NCBI RefSeq assembly: GCF_031769215.1
Contig: NW_026782128.1
Span: forward strand, 558,001 to 622,000
Length of the DNA: 64,000 nucleotides
Direction: 5' to 3'
Source: Ylistrum balloti
Taxonomy: Eukaryota
The notes below the pieces were generated by a model, which saw only the letters and a program-made list of their open reading frames with translations, was not told where the DNA came from and did no database searches. The position numbers and the translations under genes were made by a program. Positions 53,494 through 64,000 of this stretch are shown here, in pieces. Position 1 is the stretch's first letter. Each line of letters begins with the position of its first letter.

Positions 53494-55574
53494 GGTTCTC
53501 AATAAATAAGAAAATTGCAATTATCCTGATATTAGCTGAGTATTGGTTCAACAAAAGTGAGAAAAATATATCATAATTGTCAGTTCTGATCTATATAACA
53601 TTACACTAATATACATTGCCTACGTGGCCTGTAAAAAATTAATTCTTCCGACATTTCAACGATATCTATGTGTACAGTTTACTTTTAACAATATATTTAC
53701 AAACAGGACGTAGACAAACGGCATTCATTCCACCTTGACGGCTGCAATGCGGTGTATATGTACATGGTTCCTTTTTTGCTGTATAAAAGAAGATGGAAGT
53801 GCAATACGTACTCGAAAATGAATTAAACCAGAGCCGAACAATGTTGTTGAATATTGGAAAGGTTGGTGATAATTTATCAAAATGTTTCTTGAACAAAATT
53901 CCACTTAGCTTGGAATTTTTAAAACCATATATTGCTGAAATATCTAAGCCTTGAAAAAGGAAATGCCTTTTTTCACAAATCACATATAAATTGACTAAAT
54001 TATTGAAATTATAACTCTAAATAGAGCAAACACTTTCTTTCACAAATTACGATATAAATGTATGTCCCATTCCAGTGATAGAAATTATATTGGAGATATT
54101 TATGCCATGAAGTGTTTTCTTAATGACTTTGATGTGGCAGGAAATGATATCTTTTTAGGCAAGTGTTTTGAATATTGATGACGTTTGCATCTTGCTTCGC
54201 CAAAATCCGTAAAACCATAACTACGTTTTAATTGAATTAATTATATGTTCATAACTCGAAAAGCAAGTACATGTAAATTTATTAATTAAGCTGAATATGC
54301 TTTCAGCTGTTTTGATAAATTTGACATTGGTCCAAAATGAAGATTTCGTCATGAGAATATTTTACGCGTCATAAACTCACAAGTACACACCTTCAAATGG
54401 TTCTGTAGAAAACGAAAGTAGATCTTTATACTGTTACACGAGCCGCCGCCTCAACATTGAGGACCTATGGGTGTGATGTTGCGTTAACTTGATATCATTG
54501 GAAAACGGTCTTTGGACCGCCGGCGTATAGCGTATGGTGGTCTCTTAAGGTCTACAAACACACAAAGACTGGATTAGAGTCTCCAAACTTTGATCTTCTT
54601 TATTGAAAAATGATTTAAAAAGCATTACTTTTTCACTTCTATGGTTTTATTCAAATGGTATGACATAAAGAATAGATTCGTTTCAAATAAAAAGGAAACA
54701 TGTCTTTTAAATGATGAATGGGAAAGGTTGTCAAATATCCTCAATGTTGGCGCTTTGATGCTGGCGTTTAAGAAAGAAAGATCATCTTTTAAGATATCAA
54801 TCATTTTAATGTTTGTGCATCATACCGCTTAAAGCGATTAAAGAACCGAACGAATTTAAAATGATATTTCTACCTCATTGGGTTAAATATGAAATCAAAC
54901 TTTAAAACGCCTGGCTCTAACGGAATCATATGTAAATATCAATTTAACAAGATTGACTTTCGTCCGACCTTAATAGAGAATGTTGCATTTCACGTGCCTC
55001 CACCAGGTGTGGACATGCAAAATTCGAAATGCACGCGTATCTTTACGCGTTGTTTTACAAACACGTGTATAAGTACATGCAGACATGCTGACAAACTTAA
55101 GAAACTATGTTAATCTCGTTCAAGTCTCGTTACTATGATACGGATATCTTGATGAACATACAGAGGACAAAAAGTAACTGGATGCACAATTTTGACACAA
55201 TACATGTAAAAGATGCACGACAGATGGAACTTTGGTCCATGTCAAGTCACCTTAATACCATGTCAAGTGTTTAAACATAAAAAATAACATACCCATTGCT
55301 GAAACAAACAAAAAGACTATTGTTAATTCAAGCTAGACAGATGCCATTTATCAATGACACATCTTACAAGAATTTCATTAATAATTGCAATGATACATAT
55401 GCACATATAACATTAATGAGACGTCTTTTAGGATATTGTTGATTTTCATGCGCGTGAATTCATAACGAAAATGTACAGTGCTGAAATAAAGCAAAGTCCT
55501 ATTCGTTCGAATAGTGGCACGGTTCAATAAACACATGTACTTGACGCCATTCTTAAATTATCTGATGTATGAGA

Positions 55575-55745
55575 ATTAAGAAATTTCTTTAATTATAAGG
55601 ATAGTGCACCTTCCCGTCTAGATCTTGACTTTTCTTTCGATTACATTTTTTGTTTTTCTTAGTCGCCTCCTAGACTTTAAAATTTAGGTCCATAACATCA
55701 CTGGCGAGTTCTAAAAGGACAAAACAGCTGTATGATTTAGTTTAA
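55575..55745 (+). mobile_element. Dispersed repeat carrying the hammerhead at its 3' end
   Basis: Aligns with 35100-35290(-) over about 170 nt (aggatagtgcaccttcccgtctagatcttgacttttctttcg...agtcgcctcctagactttaaaatttagg...). Confidence 0.7.
55694..55738 (+). ncRNA. Decayed hammerhead ribozyme copy
   Basis: AACATCA-CTGGCGA-GTTCT aaa AGGAC-AAA-ACAGCTGT-A-TGATTT: perfect palindromic stem III and 4-bp stem I (CATCA core with TGAT). Defects are A6G and G12A (a CpG-type transition). Confidence 0.7.
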
Positions 55746-57199
55746 TTCATTTTTTGGCTTTACTGTGTCTAACTTTAAATTGTGCCAAAAGGGACTATTC
55801 ACTTGTGTTTCTTTTTTACAAACTTTGTTACGTTTGACGATAGAACAATATGTATTTGATCAGGACGGACTGATGGGAGCTAATATTTGCAATAATGATT
55901 CCAATATTCAATATAACAATTCCGGAAAAAGATTAACGAAATAAACCACTTTCTACACGTCTTGGAATACAATAAACTTTTTACTAGTTGACGAAAAGAC
56001 ACAAACAGTTGATATAAGGCAAAATTGTGAATGTCTTATGCCTGTGTATTAGCTTGAATGTTGAGATTCCTTGGCATTGAGATTCGCTACTATCTAAAAT
56101 GTCTGTGGGAAGCGTTAAAGTTGTTATTAATAGTTGCATGTTTCAGAAATGCACACTCACACTTTTATTCAGCATGTAAACTGATCGACAAAAAAGATAC
56201 TATTTGGCTGTTGCTCCGTCGTTTCTTTATGTTTCATAATTGAGACCATTTAAGATCTTCCTAAAGTTGTCTAGATCATTTCGAGACACCATTCTTACCT
56301 CAACACCAGTGGAGAATGTAAACAGAAATGAACCGCATGCCCTGTGCAGTGTTCTTTTTCGAGCGTGCTGTCTCTTTGCAAGATTTATAGAACTTGTCTC
56401 AGATTTAACCAAAATCGGCCTCAAGTACCCATTGTTTCGTGTGTTATAGAACTATTATTAGATTACGGAAGATTCTAGTTCATTGTGTATATATATATTG
56501 TTAATATAAGAGGTTTAGACTAAAAGATAAAGTAGGCCTCCAAGTATTCTCCTATGACTCTACGGGTATGTTGTGAAAAGAAATATTATCATTATGTAAG
56601 AAAAGATCAAGTAATATTTTGCTGAAACAAGAAGACCACAACGCAGTTTTCAAATTTATTACTTTAACGATGAAAATATCGAGAAAATATATACGAATAC
56701 TTTACATGGAATTGCCACTTTTATTTCCCATTTCATAACAGCTTATTCAGATTGATTAAATTGAAATTTGAAAACCATTTTTTAAAACTGTTCGAAAAAT
56801 GTTTTTCTCAGTAATTAACAATTTTTCATTGGTTTGATTTTCATTTAATTTTTCAATGGCAGGATAAACAAATACTTTTGTTCAAAGTTTGCCATTTCAA
56901 AGATTTAGAATTAAACTTTTTGTTTACTTGTTGATATCGCCCCGTTTTTCTATCATGGCAAATTTACATTTATAAAACATCCTTCTGTGTGAATGTGCTC
57001 AAAATTTCAATCTAAACATGTTCTCTTTTATCACTGCATGTCGAAAAATAAAGTGGGGAGAGTGGGAGAAAAAATACGTATTTTATGTGCCCAACTGCAA
57101 TTCTTTTTCTTTTTATCGTCCATGCGATTTATGCCTTAAACGCTGATTATTACTTTCATCTTGTACCCAGACCTATTAAGCACCGCTTTATTTTTTCAG

Positions 57200-57296
57200 A
57201 CGTCTGGAGTACATAATACATGTCGTTTCATGAGGAACATGTCTTAAAGATGCATAAACAACATTCAAATTAGAAAACGATTTAAGAATTTCGCAG
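57200..57296 (+). other. Candidate non-coding (5' UTR or lncRNA) exon
   Basis: Flanked by ttattttttcag| (57199) and a perfect CAG|GTAAGT (57297); stop codons in all three frames. Confidence 0.4.
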
Positions 57297-57414
57297 GTAA
57301 GTCATGGGAAGCGAAAGTATTTCTAAAATCTAAAATAAGTGACTGTATTAATGGAAATATTACTTAACTGGCTATTTGTATATAATAACAAAGTAGGGAA
57401 AAAGGTAAGATACA

Positions 57415-57615
57415 AAAATATTAAACATCAAATTATTCAATTAGTTATTAGCGGCTCTTTGAATTACATACTTCAATTTTCGTATTTCAAATCAACGGAA
57501 AAAATGATAATCAACAAAATATTAAACATCAAATATTCAATTAGTTATTAGCGGCTCTTTGAATTACATACTTCAATTTTCGTATTTCAAATCAACGGAA
57601 AAATTGATAATCAAC
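57415..57615 (+). repeat. Near-perfect 100-bp tandem duplication
   Basis: aaaatattaaacatc...gcggctctttgaattacatac...tgataatcaac occurs twice; gcggctc at 57451 and 57551. Confidence 0.92.
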
Positions 57616-58007
57616 GAATCATCAGAAGAATCACATAGCCTCACATATAAATGAAACAACGTTTATACAATCAAAATATCCTAAAACATGTATTGTAGCT
57701 TCAAAACATGATTTTCTTTCTACTACACATAAATCATTTCGCACAGTCAATTTTAGGATCTGTAATCCCTTTATTTATTTTATAGTTTGTCGTACCATGC
57801 ATGTCGCGTTTAAATTCAGCATGGATTTAGCAAATGTATTATTTTTGCTTCGTAAACTTTATTTATATATAAAAATATTATTAGATGTTTAAATAATTAT
57901 GGCATTGAAGCACTTTCTTGTTGATTTTTTTTTTGCTGTTTTTCACATAATAGATGCAACGTTTCCAAAATATATGTTTCAAACATTTTTATTTTTTGCT
58001 ACTTAGT

Positions 58008-58045
58008 ATCATTACATAGTCTAAAAAGGACGAAACTGTCATTTG
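58008..58045 (+). ncRNA. Heavily decayed hammerhead-like remnant
   Basis: agtatca-ttacata-GTCTaaaaAGGAC-GAAAC-tgtc-atttgata: stem II and GAAAC are retained, the CUGANGA core is lost. Confidence 0.35.
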
Positions 58046-58949
58046 ATAATTTTTTCATTCATTTTCTCACAAGCTTTTTAAGAATTCCTTTACAATGATT
58101 TCATTGCGATATTTGTGCGTGTTTTTGTTTATTCATTTCAGAAATTTCTATTGATATGTCATGTCTGTACGTATGTGCTTCCTATCATCAATTAATTATG
58201 TTGTTTACGTTTTAGTACAATTACATTCAGCAATATGAATTAAGAATAAGTTATTTCGGAACATTGCACCGTGTTTTCGGAGATAATGGGGAAATAATTA
58301 ATTTACAAAATTTTGACAACGCTATAAGCAAATAACTAAGTTGAGCGTATTTAATTTCAAGTATAATCTGTTTGGATTACGATGAGGTAAATTATCCATA
58401 TTAGGAATTAATCAACTTATTTTCATTTTTGTTTATTTTGCCTTATTTTAAGTAGGGTTGTTATTTGGTTGGCGCACTTCTATATTTATATTCAACATTA
58501 GTTGAGGCCAATTTGAATTTCCCATACTTACTCTTTACAATATTTCAGACACGTTATACGTTTACGACTCCTACAAGGAGGAAACATCTGGATAGTTTGA
58601 TTAATCATTTGGTATATACCATATCTTGTATACTTTGTAAATCATTTAATGTGCTTTACACTTGTTCCGTTTGAATCATTGTTTAATATACCAAATCCAT
58701 TCATCATTCTATGGACGTTTTCTCATATATTCAAATCTTTGGTATTTTGGCTATACCGTTCAGATACTCTCGGTTTCCCCTGTACGATATAAGTATTTAT
58801 TAAACGAATCTGTTTTCAATGGAATAAAAACATATAATGGTTTCTTAGCAACGTAACAAACACATCAGGATTTTGAAACAGACAGGATGAAAAAATACAA
58901 TCAATTTATATACAACATCAATACTGTTTGTTATGCTCATGTCACTAAA

Positions 58950-59460
58950 TGGAAGTTATATTGCATAAATGTCAAAATTTTCAATACAAACCTCTTGTTA
59001 GCAAACTGATCGCTAAAGCTGATTTCACTCCGAGTCAATCATCACGTCAATATGACGGACAAAATGCCAATTTCTTTTCAAAACAGTTATTCACCATTTT
59101 TGAAAATGCCTTCATCCGCGTAGACAGATATATTAGAAAGGACAAATTGTCGATTACAAATAATAGTACATGTTTACCAAATTTAGTGGATATTGTTTAG
59201 TAAACATTTCTATGAAAACAAAACGTAATGTTGTATTCTTATCTCGCCATGCAAATTATATATTCTAAACACCACTGTTTATTGCAGCTTTAGATCCTCC
59301 TTCTGAAATCCATTGGCTGTTTAGTATTATGCAACAACACCAATGATTACGCATGTCGTTTACAATAGACTACAATTCGACACCAAGGTAATACAAAGAT
59401 TGTATTCATCCTTGTTTACTTGAGTTTAAGTTAAAGTCGCCTCTGTAAGCACACTCCGTA
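58950..59460 (+). pseudogene. Very old PLE RT fossil
   Basis: ENAFIRVDRYIRKDKLSITNNSTCLPNLVDIV aligns without gaps to DNIFVQFGGRVFQQTIGIPMGTNCAPLLADLF (N, F, I, C, P, L, D kept). Downstream DCIHPCLLEFK resembles RIYPxELEIK. Confidence 0.4.
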
Positions 59461-60838
59461 AATCAACCAGTCCCAGAAATCATCAATGTCTAGTAAAGAA
59501 TACATGAAGGGCGATCCTTGGTATTTGTCGTTGGGACGTTTAAAGACATCACTAATCTATTAATTACACGAGTGACTGGTAGATAACCTACACTAATTAT
59601 CATAATGTCTTAACTATGACGTAATCATCATATAACATGTTCGATTATATCGAGAATTATCTCCCTTTGGTAATAGTTAAATATAGTGGCCTACGTAGAT
59701 TTCCTATTCAGTACAAATTCTTAAAAAAAAAACATAGACATGTAAAGGAAATGAGTGACGGTGTAATAATTTGAGTATTGAGTTGAATATTTAGTCAAAA
59801 GCAATGCAATGCATTAATATGAAACATAATATATCATTTTAATAGGTTTCAAAATTCCACCATGACTGGATTTTACTGTATGTGGACAAAGCTTCAATAA
59901 TAGATTATGCTTAAACTCAAATTTAGATATTCTATTACAAGCAATATGTATAAATCTTGAGATTTTACACACCAATATACTTCAAAAGACAGAATTACTG
60001 ATATTTGATATTCTATCATAATGGTATCTAGAACAACGGTCTCAAGCAGAGTGTACAAAAACAACCCATCGTATTGCGTTCTTCTGTTCAATTTTATTTC
60101 ATTTTCATTATTGATGGCGATTTCCTCAAAACACCATTTTAAAGTTTAAAAAAGTATTTGATCATTCTATTCCTTTTGGAAACTGATAATAATCCGTTTT
60201 GGTGTTTTGAACGGCACAAAAAGCATGGACATTGTTATAAGAGTAAACATAGAGACAAAAGACAAAAAGGGAAAGATATGTTTTCATTATGAATAAAAAA
60301 GCAAATTGAATGTGTTATTTTTCGATCGTACATCAGTATAAACAGGTGTAATTTAGTATCTACAACGAAATTAAAGCAGGTGTGAGGGAAAATATACTTT
60401 GAGAACACTACATGCATTTCGACTTCTTAGAGAACTGAAAGCAACTTATGAGAAAACTAACGCTTTTTATGTGGGTTACTATTCCAGATATAGTTCATGT
60501 TATGATTTCGAGCTTTTTTAATCTTCGGAATATTGTACAAATTATACGAACAACAATAAATTACGAGTGATTATCAATGTTGACAAAATTGATTTCTTTT
60601 TCAATAAACAATGGTTTCTGCTTTTTAGTTTATCCTATTTTGAACTCTTTAAATATGCCATATAATTAGGCTATCCTTATTTAAATGTAAAGATCACTGT
60701 TTTTATTAATTAAATGAAAATGAAATAAATAGAAAAAAAACCAACCTTTCAATTAATCAAAGATTTATGATCAAATGGTGCAAATAGAAATCTGATTTTA
60801 CAAGGTACAGGTCCTGTTTGAATTAAATACAATGATAT

Positions 60839-60895
60839 ATGACGACTAAGACTCGTAAATTATCATATGACACCGAAGCAGTACCTGATCCTGAG
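60839..60895 (+). CDS. Candidate first coding exon of an unidentified downstream gene (MTTKTRKLSYDTEAVPDPE, phase 0)
   Basis: ATG at 60839, 19 open codons, donor GAG|GTGAGC at 60896, plausible acceptor gtacag| at 60810. No homology recognised and no next exon found in the window. Confidence 0.38.
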
Positions 60896-61465
60896 GTGAG
60901 CTAACATTTTGTTTGAAATTATATTTTATTGGCAGCCAACAGCAATCACCCACGTGGTTATGTAATGATACCGCCCACCTTGGTGATTTTTATTCATGCT
61001 TCATTGACCCATGTATTATTTGGGGTTAAATTAGCATATGGTTCTCATATTCCAAAAGCACAGAAACAATATAATATGTTCGCTCCCGGATTTCACCAAC
61101 GTATTTCTTTTTTTCAGTGTTACTTGTTATATAACAAAGGTTAAATGACTCAATTCAAATCGCTCATCACTGTTTTTCTGTAAATAACACGCTCTAGTGA
61201 CTTCCTTATATAGAGTTCCTTAAACTCTTTCCGCTTCTGTGGTTTTTGTATGGGCAGTTTCTTGCACACTCAATGAGATAAATTCAGCATATGCATTGCA
61301 TTTTCTGCAATCAGATTAGCTTGTTTCAAGGCAATTCTAAAGTTATTAAGATACCATCTCTCTTGCAAAGTAGTGTGCTGATCGCGACTTAGTTACATCG
61401 ACGCGAACAACTGCTGTTTCACATAACTGGTGAGATATTTATCAAGGATGCAGGGTTAAATTGAA

Positions 61466-61750
61466 ATAGATGATTTATTGTTTTTCAATTAGATTAAAAT
61501 TTGATAGACTTAACACACGTTTATATTCTATTTCATGCATGTTAAAGAACATCATTTGCTAAACTTGCTTGACATTGAGAATATAGCTTCATTATGGTTT
61601 GTATCCGATCACGTGTGATTTTAGGATAAAACAAAACTAATGTGATTTTTATAGATGATTTTATTGTTTTTCAATTGAGAGAATAAAGATTAAAATTTGT
61701 CAAAATCGAAAAAAAGGACCCGGAAATGCGTGTATTAACACACGTTTATA
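61466..61750 (+). repeat. Interrupted direct duplication, offset about 185 bp
   Basis: atagatgatt(t)tattgtttttcaatt...gattaaaatttg...ttaacacacgtttatatt at 61466 and 61651; the second copy has insertions. Confidence 0.55.
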
Positions 61751-62749
61751 TTTTTCTTTTTGAAATTTTCTATCAGACATAATGTGACATGTCCATATTT
61801 GTAACAATTTACTTATATAAATGCAAATGACCGACCTGTTGTTTTGTGAGGTCACCTCCCTAAAATGTATTCTGATGACGTCAACAGCTAATACAGGAAA
61901 GAAGTGACACACTTGCCGAAGACATCATTGAGAATGGAGACTATAGATAGGACCCAGAAATAACCCCGAGAATGAATGACACCCTTTTAATGATATATCT
62001 GTAAAAAGATGTGATGATGACATGAACATTTTCTGAAATCCGTTTGTTTAATATCTTTTATTCATGAAAAAGTTTATAAATCATTCACAAATGAAATAAC
62101 GTCCAAAGGCTCGCTTAAATATCTATCCGCATTTTATAGAGCTGATATGAAATAAAAATAAACAGACTACCTTTTAACACAAAATATATGCACATTTTGG
62201 AAATTCGATTGTTGTGGTCGATTGTTTTTAATGGTTCCATATTGTCTCACCTGTTTTCTTTGTACGTTCCTGGTACCTTTATGTTCTTGTCAACTTAGTG
62301 CTCCTAGGTTTTTTTTATGTCTACAGCAGTATTATGGTATACTTTTTCTCTATAATTAGGCATTTCACCATCAATTGATAAATATCAGGTAATAAGTGCA
62401 TAAATATGCATCCCAATCTGAGATTAAAAATGAATGAAAGAATCGTGCATCGATATCCGAGCATAAGAACTTATCCAAATAAAACTTAGCATCATGAAAG
62501 GAACAACACCATTTATGTGATACTCATTGCACAATTTGAGTAAAAGGTGGTCATCTTGTTTCGATATACCGTTTCTTTGTCAAGTTTAAACATCATAGCA
62601 TCATTAAATTTTGGTGCCCTTCTTATTAAGCCTTCCTGTAAAAAGTTGTTTAACAGTGAGTGACAATAGAATGTCAACAACATTTGTTTTTGTTTTACAG
62701 TATTTTTCATATAAAAACCATTACCTGATACTACTAGAACTTTATTGCA

Positions 62750-63480
62750 ACATACCTTTATTAAATTGAACCTACGAGATAATAATGGAACAGCATTTTG
62801 CATGTATGTAAACGAACTTTCGGACACAACTAGGTTGCTGATAGATACATTCTCTTACAGTTTTGAGGAAAACGTTTTTCTTTTCGTATACATCAACACT
62901 AAGGTTTAGATTAGACTATTTGGAAAAAAGGAAACAGATTATACAGTGTACATGTAGTTTTAACGTGGTGAATAATAATTAGCATATGTAATTCACAAAC
63001 AGGAGCTTAAAATTTAATATCGACCTGTGAACGGCATAAAACGTCTGACACCCTAATCGTGGAACCCTTAATTTCTCTTAGTTTCTTCAATACGCTGATA
63101 ATTGATAATTTTATCAGTTTATGTTTTATCCGAACTAGTTCTTACTCTTAAGAAGGACTTACGCAAAATATCGCAACAATGACTTCAGCAAACGTCTTAT
63201 TATTTTGATATAAAATTTGAATCTCCCTCATAAAGGTTTCTTTAACCCTTCATGAATTCTTCCAGAAATTTGGCAATCATTACACAAAACTATTCCATAC
63301 TATGCAGATCATCTTATCATTAATATCAGCGAAGATACGATTGCTTTTGAAGTACTTGTACTTCGTATTCTACCATATAAACCATGTTCTTGGCCAGGGT
63401 TTTGGTTTTACCATTTAAAAGACTTCAATGGGATATGTAAAGAGATTGGGACGTGAGAAGAATGTTCTCAAAACTTGTAC
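62750..63480 (-). pseudogene. Very old PLE RT fossil (minus strand)
   Basis: Scattered remnants in the expected order: NTKYKYF, ETFMREIQILYQNNKTFA, ELVRIK, DVYEKKNVF (cf. KLYDKRDDF) and YIHAKCCS (cf. RYARACS). Weak. Confidence 0.33.
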
Positions 63481-64000
63481 TTTTCAATAGCCTTTAAGTA
63501 TCAAATGCCGATGATATTCATATATATAAGAGCTTCATGTGCAAATGAAATACAAATAATGTTAATCATAGAGTAACAAAAATGAAATGGGGGGAAAAAA
63601 CACAAACAAAACAAAAACCAATGTAAAATGGCAGTATCTTGCTACCTTCAGTTTGTAATTCAATTAAGAAAAACCCACACAAAAGTTCTTCTAAATGAAA
63701 CGTATCACGTTTCAGTATTCTGATTGTAAATTAACTTGTGCTGATAGTCCATAGATGGAAGCTAACAGTACAATTTAAGGGTTACATTTCATAAAAGATA
63801 ATGTAGGTTTATCTAATGTCACATTTCGTTCCAATTTCATCAAGATTGATATGGAAGTATAAAGTTATGGCATATCATATGGTAATTTCAAAATACGTTG
63901 TCACATAACATTCTAGATTGCATGTTAACATATGTTTATCGGATTACGCAACTTGTTTGTGTCTGGGAGTCAAAACAGCTCATAAAAAGATCAAATGTCA

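Overview
AT-rich (roughly one-third GC) animal genomic DNA, probably a bivalve mollusc (inferred from repeat content and composition). It is not prokaryotic, and almost none of the supplied ORFs are real genes. The one confidently recognisable protein-coding piece is the last coding exon (7445-7621, +) of an ANKS1A/ANKS1B-like (Odin/AIDA-1) gene, encoding the end of its PTB domain and a terminal -STV. A strong splice donor follows 11 nt after the stop, and CpG-depleted sequence continues to about 18-19 kb, suggesting a spliced, long 3' UTR. The remainder is intergenic or intronic. It holds four large tandem arrays (about 44, 65, 39 and 21 bp units, several with higher-order structure) and many decayed Penelope-like retroelement (PLE) RT fragments, four of them head-to-tail at 47.2-51.9 kb. 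It also holds a dispersed repeat family ending in a minimal type-I hammerhead ribozyme with a palindromic stem III (35.1, 53.5, 55.7 and probably 58.0 kb); each copy is damaged differently, but their consensus restores an intact core. A possible non-coding exon (57200-57296) and first coding exon (60839-60895) of a downstream gene lie near the right end. All alignments, counts and family assignments were made by eye or from memory; no database search or folding program was run.
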